The translations under genes and the position numbers were made by a program. A stretch of DNA of 64,000 bases, from the sequence record NC_019526.1; one strand, 5' to 3'. Positions 9,341-18,338 of the stretch are shown here, one piece after another (the stretch's first letter is position 1; each line of letters starts with the position of its first letter). The notes below the pieces were generated by a model that saw only the letters and a list, made by a program, of their open reading frames with translations, had not been told where the DNA came from and made no database searches.

Positions 9341-9642
9341 TGAATTTATCAGAATGTGTAAAATTGACTAAATTTTTAGATTCAGTGAATGATCGTATGT
9401 TTGAGGAATTTTGTGATAATTCTGAATATTTAAATATAGTAATGGGTATTTTTCATAAACATCTAAATTTGTATATTGATGAACTGAATAAAAAACTAAA
9501 AAACAGAGAACTTTTCGTGTATGGTTTAGGTTACTGTGTAATTTATGATGTTTATCGTTCGATACGCGGTGAATTAAAATGTACAGTAACATTTGAAAAT
9601 GATTATCATAATGTCTATATGAAATACTCAAAACTCGTATGA
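9340..9642 (+). CDS. hypothetical protein, small paralogue family (start moved to the TAATG overlap)
   Basis: LKNRELFVYGLGYCVIYDVY; in frame with track ORF 9283. Confidence 0.65.
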   Translation: MNLSECVKLTKFLDSVNDRMFEEFCDNSEYLNIVMGIFHKHLNLYIDELNKKLKNRELFVYGLGYCVIYDVYRSIRGELKCTVTFENDYHNVYMKYSKLV

Positions 9643-9932
9643 ATAAAATAAAGTCACTTGATATTGCTTATACCCTATTTTATATCAAAGATCATACAGA
9701 TGACTCTTTTTATAAAGTTATAGTCGATTATACAGAGAATTTAATACAAGAACTTAATACAATACTTATTGGTAGTGACTGTATTGTTAAACCATCTGGT
9801 GTTGAATTCAAAGCTACAATTGATTCAATATTGTTTAGTTCTATTTCTGGTTTAGTATATAAAGTGACTGAGAATACCAAATCATTTTATAGTTATCGTT
9901 ATGTTAATCCATTAAAAATTGAGTTCTTATGA
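9639..9932 (+). CDS. hypothetical protein, small paralogue family
   Basis: ORF track; ATGA coupling. Confidence 0.65.
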   Translation: MNKIKSLDIAYTLFYIKDHTDDSFYKVIVDYTENLIQELNTILIGSDCIVKPSGVEFKATIDSILFSSISGLVYKVTENTKSFYSYRYVNPLKIEFL

Positions 9933-10204
9933 AATCACTCAAAGAAGATATTAATTTCAAATTATTATCAGTACTGAAAGAACATACTTTTAGTAACCCA
10001 CTTTGTCAAGATTTACTTAATTCAATATATTATAATAAAATTACCAAATATGTTGATAATAAATGTTATTTTATTCATGACAAAGAAAAAGTATGCTCAA
10101 CCATAAATGGGTTTTATGTATCCAAAAACGGTGATGTTTTATGTTATTTGTATCACAACAAAACATACAATTTTATAGAATTAAAGGATGTATATATTGA
10201 ATAG
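9929..10204 (+). CDS. hypothetical protein, small paralogue family
   Basis: ORF track; ATGA coupling. Confidence 0.65.
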   Translation: MKSLKEDINFKLLSVLKEHTFSNPLCQDLLNSIYYNKITKYVDNKCYFIHDKEKVCSTINGFYVSKNGDVLCYLYHNKTYNFIELKDVYIE

Positions 10205-10345
10205 TATTCAGGATGATATAGAAAGGAGAATATACTTCATTATAGTGTGTTATAAAAGGAAATATACTACACAGTACTATAATTTCTGGAATGCAAGATT
10301 AAATTTGGAAATTAAAAACATATTATACTACCAGAGGATATTGTA

Positions 10346-10486
10346 ATGGATTCTTATTTAGATGAATTGATTATTGATTTACTAGTTTCTTCAGTACTAT
10401 CACGTCGCGGCGAACAAAAAGAACGCAAATATAATAAAGAAAAATTTGATGATTATTTGCGTGGTTTTCTGGGAAGATTCAGATGA
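10346..10486 (+). CDS. small hypothetical protein (46 aa, not in track)
   Basis: GAGGA RBS; MDSLLDELIIDLLVSSVLSRRGEQKERKY...; ATGA overlap with 10483. Confidence 0.55.
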   Translation: MDSYLDELIIDLLVSSVLSRRGEQKERKYNKEKFDDYLRGFLGRFR

Positions 10487-10668
10487 ATCAACATCAAGAT
10501 TACAAATATCATAAGCTGCTTGATGAATTCACAGAAAACATAAAAATGTATGGGGTGCTAAAACAGATAGCAACAAAACATAAAACAGGAGACTATTTCA
10601 ATAAAAGATGTAATTCAATTATAAAGAGATTTGTTACAGAAAGTAATTTTATTATTAAAGGAAAATAA
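10483..10668 (+). CDS. hypothetical protein (61 aa)
   Basis: ORF track. Confidence 0.55.
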   Translation: MNQHQDYKYHKLLDEFTENIKMYGVLKQIATKHKTGDYFNKRCNSIIKRFVTESNFIIKGK

Positions 10669-10872
10669 TTTATGGATATTGATGATACGTATTTATATAA
10701 TCTTGAATTAGTGAGAGTTGGTGTATTATTGGTCACTTATTATACTAACTACAAATGTATTAATTCTGTTATAAATTCTATACTTGATTCATGGGTACAT
10801 TATAGTTCCAGATTACTATAATGATTAATTTAAATTTAAGTTACAAAACATATAACTTCGAAAGTATAAAAT

Positions 10873-11175
10873 TTGATGAATAAAATAAATGATGTATACC
10901 ATACTTGGGAAATGCTTTTTGACTTAACTGATGATTTTTATCCAGGTAACTATTCAAATGTTTATTCTGAAGTATATAAAAATTATTTTTCAGTACTGAA
11001 TGGTTATATCAAAGGAACTAAAGTTGAACTTATAATATCATATTCAATGAGTCCTTCAAAACTAGGAACCATTAAATCAATAAATGTGACACCATTTGGA
11101 ATAAAATTTAAAATAGAACTGGATCATAATTCAGAAATTTTTTTCAGTGAATATTATGAAATAAAAGAATATTAA
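10873..11175 (+). CDS. hypothetical protein, small paralogue family
   Basis: Paralogue of 9074-9340. Confidence 0.7.
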   Translation: MMNKINDVYHTWEMLFDLTDDFYPGNYSNVYSEVYKNYFSVLNGYIKGTKVELIISYSMSPSKLGTIKSINVTPFGIKFKIELDHNSEIFFSEYYEIKEY

Positions 11176-11189
11176 TATGTGGGGTTATC

Positions 11190-11450
11190 ATGAATTTAAA
11201 AACTGATATAGAATATTTCAATTTACTTATGTCATTAGTAAATGAACAATTGGAGCACATGAATAATACTTATAAAAACACCAATGTATTAATAGATTCA
11301 CATAAACAGAATTTATATGATGAAGAGGGAAATATTTTATTATTTGATATTTCGGATAAAGACGCTACATTAATGATAAGTGTTCAGTACAGTAACGGTT
11401 GGTTTGGTCATTTAAACTCAGAATATCATGATTTTGTGATCAAAAAATAA
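11190..11450 (+). CDS. hypothetical protein (86 aa)
   Basis: GGGG RBS-like; ORF track. Confidence 0.65.
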   Translation: MNLKTDIEYFNLLMSLVNEQLEHMNNTYKNTNVLIDSHKQNLYDEEGNILLFDISDKDATLMISVQYSNGWFGHLNSEYHDFVIKK

Positions 11451-11459
11451 CAAAAAATA

Positions 11460-11554
11460 TTGCAATAGCTTCTATTGTGTTGTATAGTCTGTGTATCAGT
11501 CTCACTGATGGATGTAAAATAAAAATTGAATATTTTTCGTATCAATGATATAGT
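11460..11554 (+). promoter_or_regulatory. two tandem sigma70-type promoters
   Basis: TTGCAA(11460)-N17-TATAGT and TTGAAT(11526)-N17-TATAGT. Confidence 0.7.
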
Positions 11555-11583
11555 GTTATAAACATATAAAAGAGGAAATAAAA

Positions 11584-12259
11584 ATGATCGCTATCTGGTT
11601 TATTATGGTTATTCTTGTCGGTGTTTGGGCTAATGCATGGGGTCGTAGTGGTATTTTATTCGGTCTGTTGTCACTAATTTTGTCACCACTGATTGGTGCA
11701 ATTGTGCTTCTTTGTGCTGGTAAAAAAGTTGTTGCAACACAACCACAAAATATGCAACCAATTCAGAACATCGTAATTCATACCAACGGTACTACTCCAT
11801 CAGAAGTACAAGTAACAACTGATACTACTGTACTGGAAAAAGAAGACGAATCTGATAAAAAAAAAAGATCAAAGTCTTGAACCCGTAGAAGCAACCGAAG
11901 TATCTGAAGTAGTAAATGAGGTTGTTGAATCTTCTCCAAAAGAAGATAATACGAATCCAGTACCAGTTACTAAACAAAAGAGAGCACAACAAGCGAAAAA
12001 AGCACGTACTGTTAAAAAGAAATCAAGTACTGTTGTTGGTGCAACTAAACAAACAAAAACAACTAAAACTGTTGTTGATGATTCCAGTACTAAAAATACA
12101 TCAAACAACAATGATAGTATTGATAGTACTTCAATCGTACCTGGTGTAGCCGGTGCTGTTATTACAACCCAAATCCTAACGGAGAGTAGTTCAGTGGATA
12201 GTAGCTCTTCATACGATTCTGGAAGTTGTGACAGTTCTTCAAGTTCTTCATGTGATTAA
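11584..12259 (+). pseudogene. membrane protein gene split by a +1 frameshift in an A10 tract (98 aa as read; 224 aa if A9)
   Basis: Two-TM N-terminus; A10 at 11857-11866; downstream +1 frame is open to TAA 12257-12259 with no ATG/GTG/TTG start. Confidence 0.7.
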
Positions 12260-12264
12260 TAAAC

Positions 12265-12293
12265 AAAAGAAGCCCAAATAAGGGCTTCTTTTT
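12265..12293 (+). terminator. intrinsic terminator
   Basis: AGAAGCCC-AAATAA-GGGCTTCT plus T run. Confidence 0.85.
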
Positions 12294-12321
12294 ATTTAAG
12301 TAAAATATATTAAGGATTAAT

Positions 12322-13068
12322 ATGAGACATTATTTACAAGTAACCGTACCGGATGAAAAGGAATTATATATTGTTGGTGATATCCATGGGAATGCAAGAC
12401 TGTGGGATTTAACTAAAAAAGAATTTGGAATCACTGATAATGATGTAGTATTCAGTCTAGGTGATATTGTGGATCGTGGTAAAAATAATTCCAAATTACT
12501 ATTTGAATTTCTTTTTCAAGACAATCGTTATATGATTAACGGTAATCACGAATCCATGCTCGTTGATGGATTGACTAATCGTGAATGGTATCATTGTCAT
12601 ATTAGTAATGGTGGAGACAAACTATACGAAGAACTTGGTCATACTGGTGTAGAATTCTTTGCTCAGTACTTAAAAGATTTACCCATGATCATAGAAATAC
12701 GTTATCGTGGTATGAAAATTGGATTAGTACACGGTTGCTGTCCTTTACGTTATACAGACTGGAACGAATTTTTAACTGATAGTTCAACGTTATCTCCAAA
12801 AATTGTTGAAGAATGCATTTGGTCCAGAAATGATTTTGACTATGCAAAACAAAACAACACTTATCATTCACCAAGAATTTCCAATATTGATTATGTCATT
12901 TCAGGACATTCCCCTGTATTTGATCCACTAATTTATGGAAACCGATGGTGGATTGATTCACAATTTAGTACTGGAGATTTGAATGTAGTACAACCAAACA
13001 GTGGAAAACTGAGATATTTTAGAAGAGAAAAGGATGCATATTCTTTTGATCGTAAACGTGGTTATTAA
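12322..13068 (+). CDS. Ser/Thr protein phosphatase (lambda-phosphatase/PrpA-type metallophosphoesterase)
   Basis: GDIHG, GDIVDRG, GNHE, HG and GHS motifs. Confidence 0.88.
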   Translation: MRHYLQVTVPDEKELYIVGDIHGNARLWDLTKKEFGITDNDVVFSLGDIVDRGKNNSKLLFEFLFQDNRYMINGNHESMLVDGLTNREWYHCHISNGGDKLYEELGHTGVEFFAQYLKDLPMIIEIRYRGMKIGLVHGCCPLRYTDWNEFLTDSSTLSPKIVEECIWSRNDFDYAKQNNTYHSPRISNIDYVISGHSPVFDPLIYGNRWWIDSQFSTGDLNVVQPNSGKLRYFRREKDAYSFDRKRGY

Positions 13069-13080
13069 TAAGGATAAAAT

Positions 13081-13518
13081 ATGAAACTATATCTATTAGT
13101 TAACAGTTATTGTACTGGTAAACAAGCATATATTCAGGCAATGCACGCTGGTTTTGATCTACTCATGAAATACCATGATGATTCAACCTATGGTACCAAA
13201 TGTGTTGATATGATCACCGATTGGTACAATAATCATAAAACAGTAGTAGTACTGAATGCTGGTAATTCAGATATGCTTCATTATTATGAGACCATTCTTG
13301 ACGCACAACAAACAGTTCCATACGATGTTTTCTGTGAACCCGGACTGGATGGTACCATGACTGCAATTGCAGTACTCGCCAGTACTGAAATGGTGGAAGA
13401 TATGAAACACATGCGTGATGGTTTATATGATGATGTTCCTGGATTTTTTGGTGTAAAATATGGTTGTGAATTAGAAGAAATCCTAACTGACATGAGTACC
13501 ATGAGAACTGCGGATTAA
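13081..13518 (+). CDS. peptidyl-tRNA hydrolase 2 (PTH2)-like protein
   Basis: GKQAYIQAMHA, W...KTVVVLN and EPGLDGTMTAIAV resemble PTH2 motifs. Confidence 0.6.
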   Translation: MKLYLLVNSYCTGKQAYIQAMHAGFDLLMKYHDDSTYGTKCVDMITDWYNNHKTVVVLNAGNSDMLHYYETILDAQQTVPYDVFCEPGLDGTMTAIAVLASTEMVEDMKHMRDGLYDDVPGFFGVKYGCELEEILTDMSTMRTAD

Positions 13519-14189
13519 TGAAAATTTATAATAAAGAAACTAAACTTTATAATAATGTTATAAAATTGTATAATTCTGAAATTAATTACTTAAAAAGTAA
13601 AGTTAAGAAACTCAAAAACAATCCAGTACTTAGAAATGAAATAAAACGAACCAACGAATTATACATCAAAAAGGCAAAAACTGAATTATCAAAAGAACAT
13701 TACACCGCTTACAGTAACTGGATGGAAGCATCCTTAAATGTAAACAAAATAAAGCACAATTTGGGAATAAAAAGTTATTTACAACTAATAACCGATTTAG
13801 AAACACAAAAGGAATTTGTATTAAAAGAAATAGAAAACCAGTTAGGTTCAGTTTTATTTCATTTGTGTGAATTAGATGGTAATTCCTCAACGCATTATTC
13901 TTTCTTTAGTATGAATGGTGTATATATTTGGATTACCAACATCGCAACATCATATATTTTATATGATAATTTTGATTATTACAGTACTGAATTATTTGAG
14001 GAACTTATAAAGTACCTTCCCAAGAAAAATTCTGAACTGAAATTCATTTTGCATGGTAAAAATAAGCATATAATTGTAAAAGATGATATTTTTATTCTTT
14101 TTGATGAAGTAAATTTTAACCATTTTAGTACAGGATCACTACAGGAACTATTTGAAGAAATTATAAGGATTAATAATGAGTATACCTAG
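13518..14189 (+). CDS. hypothetical protein (223 aa)
   Basis: ORF track; TAATG coupling. Confidence 0.75.
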   Translation: MKIYNKETKLYNNVIKLYNSEINYLKSKVKKLKNNPVLRNEIKRTNELYIKKAKTELSKEHYTAYSNWMEASLNVNKIKHNLGIKSYLQLITDLETQKEFVLKEIENQLGSVLFHLCELDGNSSTHYSFFSMNGVYIWITNIATSYILYDNFDYYSTELFEELIKYLPKKNSELKFILHGKNKHIIVKDDIFILFDEVNFNHFSTGSLQELFEEIIRINNEYT

Positions 14190-15390
14190 TAAATTATACG
14201 TAGCACGTTCATATGCTGGAACAGATAAAATAAATGGAAGTATAATCGATGCAACAAAAGATCATACTAAAGCATATCAGGATAAAAAATCCAGAGTAGA
14301 TCAACGCCACCGACATAATACACTGGCTTCACTTGAACTGGATAATGTCCCAACAAAGGGGTTCAGCGTAGTCAAACAATATAGTTATGTCAGCCGTGAA
14401 TGTTTTTTTTCTATTCATCACCCAAGAGGTTTTGAATTTAGTATTTCAGTACAAAATATGATTGATTTGATTGCTAACAATAATATCATCAATGGTTCAT
14501 TTGTTGATGAAATGTACTTCGATGATAAATTACAACTAATCAACAGTAATACTGAAGCGTTTGAAAAAATGAAAAAACGCGAAGAAATCAAAGAGAAGAA
14601 CAAAAATACAAAAGAAAATCTTAAATGTGGTAGTGGTTTTGTTTATCTGAAAAATGAATTCTATTACTGTGGTAAAGTTCATGCAATTAGTGTTCATGCA
14701 AACAAAGATTATACATTAACTGATAAAAGTCGTTCATATGATTTAGTATATGATATTGGCAAGAAACTCTATTCTTTGTGTAATGATTTGAGTAAGTACC
14801 AAATTGAACAAAGAGCACTTCTTAATACAAAAACTGATTTAGAAACAGAAGTACAGAAAGCAAATACATATTTTCAAAGTACAGTCAAAAAAGAATATGC
14901 ACCTCTTTCCGACCAAAGAGAACCAGTACTAATTCATACCAAATCATTCAAGAAATCCGACTTACGTATTCAGTACAATGATATTTCTTATTCAGAAATG
15001 TCAAACGGTGTAAATTATTTTTGTTCTAATTTATTATACTTAGCAGAATATAATAATAACACATATAGAGTGTTCTTTGGTCTTAATAAAAACTATAAGC
15101 CAGGTGTATACCGACATTATAGTAATGATTATGATATAATCAATTCTGGTAATTTTGAGATTTACTGTGCATACCCATGTACTGTGTCAGAAAATACATT
15201 AGAAATGGATGTTGACATTAATAGTCATTATTCTTTTGCTATGTGGGGTGCATATAAATCACCATTCTATCCACCATCCAAGCGTTATGACGCATATAGT
15301 ACCAGTTATAAAAACAAAAAGGAACTAATTCATCTTGATCCATCTAATACAGTACTAAAAGTTGGTCGTTATTATCTACAAGGAAAGTAA
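14176..15390 (+). CDS. hypothetical protein (404 aa)
   Basis: Long ORF; N-terminal LDNVPTKGF...HPRGFEFSISVQN block typical of conserved large-phage hypotheticals. Confidence 0.8.
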   Translation: MSIPSKLYVARSYAGTDKINGSIIDATKDHTKAYQDKKSRVDQRHRHNTLASLELDNVPTKGFSVVKQYSYVSRECFFSIHHPRGFEFSISVQNMIDLIANNNIINGSFVDEMYFDDKLQLINSNTEAFEKMKKREEIKEKNKNTKENLKCGSGFVYLKNEFYYCGKVHAISVHANKDYTLTDKSRSYDLVYDIGKKLYSLCNDLSKYQIEQRALLNTKTDLETEVQKANTYFQSTVKKEYAPLSDQREPVLIHTKSFKKSDLRIQYNDISYSEMSNGVNYFCSNLLYLAEYNNNTYRVFFGLNKNYKPGVYRHYSNDYDIINSGNFEIYCAYPCTVSENTLEMDVDINSHYSFAMWGAYKSPFYPPSKRYDAYSTSYKNKKELIHLDPSNTVLKVGRYYLQGK

Positions 15391-15392
15391 AA

Positions 15393-16796
15393 ATGAGCAT
15401 TCTGTCCATTCTAAATGAAATTAAAAATACCAGCAGTACTAATGCAAAAAAAGATATCCTAAGAGAAAATAAAAATAATATTTTACTACAAAAGGTAATC
15501 AAATACGCATTGGATCCTCTTAAAGTTTATGGATATAAAAAGCTTCCAGAACCAGTCTCAGACGGTTTCAAAATGAGCCTTAATGATGCACTGGACGCAC
15601 TTGACCGTATTGCTAGTCGTGAATTTACTGGTCATGCTGGCCGTGATTTTATTGCATCAGTCCTTGGTTCAGTTAATAAAGATGATGCTGAAGTACTACG
15701 TAAAGTATTGGTTAAAAATCTAGATAATGGTATTCAAGCAAAAATGGCAAATGCTGTTTTTGGTAATATCGTTCTCGATGAAAGTTATATGCGTTGTGAT
15801 CTACTTACTGCAAAAACGGCAAAAAAAATTAATTTTAAAAAGTTTGGTTATGCAGTTAGTGAATTAAAACATGATGGTCAATATCTTTCGCATATTATCA
15901 AAGATGGAAAAGTCACGAGTACCAGTCGCAACTCCAAAATATATGACTTTTATGGAACTAAAGATGATGATATGCTAAAACTTGCTGAACTTATTCAAAG
16001 TTCCGACTCTCGTTTTAGTTCCGGTGTTGTTGTGATGGGTGAAGCATTAGTATACAGTACTGACATGATTAACCCAGAACCAAGAACTACTGGTAATGGT
16101 ATTATTCAGAAATTTGGTAAAAATGGCGGTACTATTGACGAAGCCCACAGAGTATTCTTTAAACTATGGGATGTTGTTCCATATGATGCGTTCATTGAAG
16201 GTGAGTGGGATGTTATTAGAAAGGAACGCCGAGAACTATTAGAAAATACATTAAATGAATTAAATTCTAACTTTGTTAAAATGACTGAGTACAGAATAGT
16301 TCATTCATTCAAAGAAGCATTTGATTATAATACAGAAGTGATGACACAAGGTTCCGAAGGTACTATCATCAAGTCTGAAGACAATATTTTCAAATCACAT
16401 ACATCACCAACACAACTTAAAGTCAAACTCAAGATGGAAGTTGATTTGAAAATTGTTGGATTTGAAAAAGGTGTAGGAAAACGTAAAGGAACACTTGGTT
16501 CTATTATTCTACAAAGTGATGATGGTCAATTAGTGACCAACTGTGGGACTGGTTTCACTGATAAAATGCTTGACGAAATCTGGAAAAACAGAGATAATCT
16601 TCTTTACAAAATCGTAGCAGTTGAAGCAAATGATATAGTACTGGATAAGCGTACAAAAGTTCCTAGTTTATTCTTACCAGTATTTGTTGAAATTCGTGAA
16701 GATAAAAATACTGCTGATACATATAGTAGAATTCAAGAAATCAAAGAAAGTAGTATTGAAGTATTCAGTACTAAACTATTAGAATCAATCAAATAA
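15393..16796 (+). CDS. lig: ATP-dependent DNA ligase (T4 gp30-like)
   Basis: ELKHDG (KxDG), EGTIIK, LKVK and OB-fold CGTGF motifs. Confidence 0.92.
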   Translation: MSILSILNEIKNTSSTNAKKDILRENKNNILLQKVIKYALDPLKVYGYKKLPEPVSDGFKMSLNDALDALDRIASREFTGHAGRDFIASVLGSVNKDDAEVLRKVLVKNLDNGIQAKMANAVFGNIVLDESYMRCDLLTAKTAKKINFKKFGYAVSELKHDGQYLSHIIKDGKVTSTSRNSKIYDFYGTKDDDMLKLAELIQSSDSRFSSGVVVMGEALVYSTDMINPEPRTTGNGIIQKFGKNGGTIDEAHRVFFKLWDVVPYDAFIEGEWDVIRKERRELLENTLNELNSNFVKMTEYRIVHSFKEAFDYNTEVMTQGSEGTIIKSEDNIFKSHTSPTQLKVKLKMEVDLKIVGFEKGVGKRKGTLGSIILQSDDGQLVTNCGTGFTDKMLDEIWKNRDNLLYKIVAVEANDIVLDKRTKVPSLFLPVFVEIREDKNTADTYSRIQEIKESSIEVFSTKLLESIK

Positions 16797-16806
16797 TGAA
16801 CAGGAA

Positions 16807-16829
16807 TAGAGAGTACTAAGTACTCTCTA
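16807..16829. promoter_or_regulatory. perfect 10-bp hairpin between an AGGA RBS and the ATG of 16837 (or terminator)
   Basis: TAGAGAGTAC-TAA-GTACTCTCTA. Confidence 0.55.
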
Positions 16830-16836
16830 ACTTTTT

Positions 16837-17232
16837 ATGTACATAAAAATGCTAAATTTTAGTAATAATGATTTTATATTTACATCAACTGAATCACCAC
16901 AGTCGTATTTGAATATGAATAATCTACCTTCTGGTATTATGTATCATTGTGATGTATCTACAATTTTTGATTCAAATAATCCTGAATTTCATTTCGTTGA
17001 AAAATCAAGATATAATAACAATGTTGGTATTATCAATGGTGGATTATATGAGTATGCATTTGATTACGATAAAAATTATTATGTAGCAATACCAAATAGT
17101 AGTTTAGTGTATTCATATATGCTGACTGATATAATTGGATTACCATTCAGTACTAAATTATTGAAATTTGATTTGAGGGTGATTGAACCAGTACTATTAT
17201 GGGATTTTATTTTTGCAATGAAATCGCTTTAA
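16837..17232 (+). CDS. hypothetical protein (131 aa)
   Basis: ORF track. Confidence 0.7.
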   Translation: MYIKMLNFSNNDFIFTSTESPQSYLNMNNLPSGIMYHCDVSTIFDSNNPEFHFVEKSRYNNNVGIINGGLYEYAFDYDKNYYVAIPNSSLVYSYMLTDIIGLPFSTKLLKFDLRVIEPVLLWDFIFAMKSL

Positions 17233-17235
17233 TTC

Positions 17236-17264
17236 TTGACAAATGTAAAAATTTGTGATATAGT
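17236..17264 (+). promoter_or_regulatory. sigma70-type promoter
   Basis: TTGACA-N17-TATAGT. Confidence 0.8.
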
Positions 17265-17372
17265 GATTGTAATGATTGCAGTATTAAAATACGTATATGT
17301 AAAATGGAGAATATACTATGATTAATTTGACATAAGAAGAAACTGCTGTTATTATAAAAAAATAATCAATAA

Positions 17373-17395
17373 GCTCACCATAAGGTGAGCATTTT
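17373..17395 (+). terminator. intrinsic terminator
   Basis: GCTCACC-ATAA-GGTGAGC-ATTTT. Confidence 0.65.
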
Positions 17396-17444
17396 GTCTC
17401 AAAATACTTACAATTTAATAGATTAAAATATACAAAGGATTTGT

Positions 17445-18269
17445 ATGAAAGTAACAGGAAAGGGAAATCAGAAGGATGACCTATTTCATATAGATAAGTT
17501 TTTAAATACTGGTAAATTTTTACCAGGAACAATATTTTCTCGTTCAACTACTAGACAAAAGAACAATAAAGGTGTAATATCATATCCATATTGGAATTAT
17601 AAATGCCCCAAATGTTCACATGATGAATTTGTTGAACATGGTTTATGTTCTGGTGTATTCGAAGGTGAATGTCAAAAACTAAAATTAGGAAAACGTAATT
17701 GTAGATGTGCTCCGACATATAGGTGGACACAAGAACAACGAGAATATCAAATACAAAAAGAAATCGATGAACGTGGTCTAGAAAATTATTTTATTGGATG
17801 GGTTGATCCTGAAGGATATAAAAATAATGGAAGTAAAATTATAATTGGATGTATAAATTCAGATGATGATGGTACCCAACATAAAAGTTATACTATAGCA
17901 ATAAATGATTTTCTCCATGGTCATAAAGGTTGTGCTAAATGTGCTGGTCAAACACAAAAACATGCATATATAAATGTTGTATATAATGAAAATAAACCAG
18001 TAGCTATAAAATTTGGAATTGCAAATGCACCACACATAAGGATTGAATTTCAAAATAGTAAAAATTTATATAAGATGGTTCAACCGCACATTTACAAATT
18101 TTTCAGTACTGAACAATGTAAAGATGCTGAACGATATTGTAAATCAATTTATAAAAATGTTTTAACAAAAGAACAACTATTTGATGGTTATACTGAAACC
18201 ACACTATTGGAAAATATAGAAAATATTATTCAAATCTATGAAAAATATGGTGGAATCAGAACAAAATAA
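17445..18269 (+). mobile_element. putative free-standing homing endonuclease (Zn-finger N-terminus; C-terminal GIY-YIG/T5orf172-like domain)
   Basis: CPKC, CRC and GCAKC cysteine clusters; KFGIANAPHIRIEFQN...GYTET C-terminus; sits between unrelated genes. Confidence 0.6.
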
Positions 18270-18272
18270 TGA

Positions 18273-18300
18273 TTGACATTTTATTTGTTTATGTTACAAT
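18273..18300 (+). promoter_or_regulatory. sigma70-type promoter for clpP
   Basis: TTGACA-N16-TACAAT with TG extended -10; the TTG taken as start by the track is this -35 box. Confidence 0.7.
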
Positions 18301-18338
18301 GTCTCTATAAATTGATTAATAAACACGAGGAAATACAA

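Noticed and set aside
18273-18338. TTG start for clpP in the track
   Set aside because: The TTG is the -35 box TTGACA; ATG 18339 has a GAGGA RBS.
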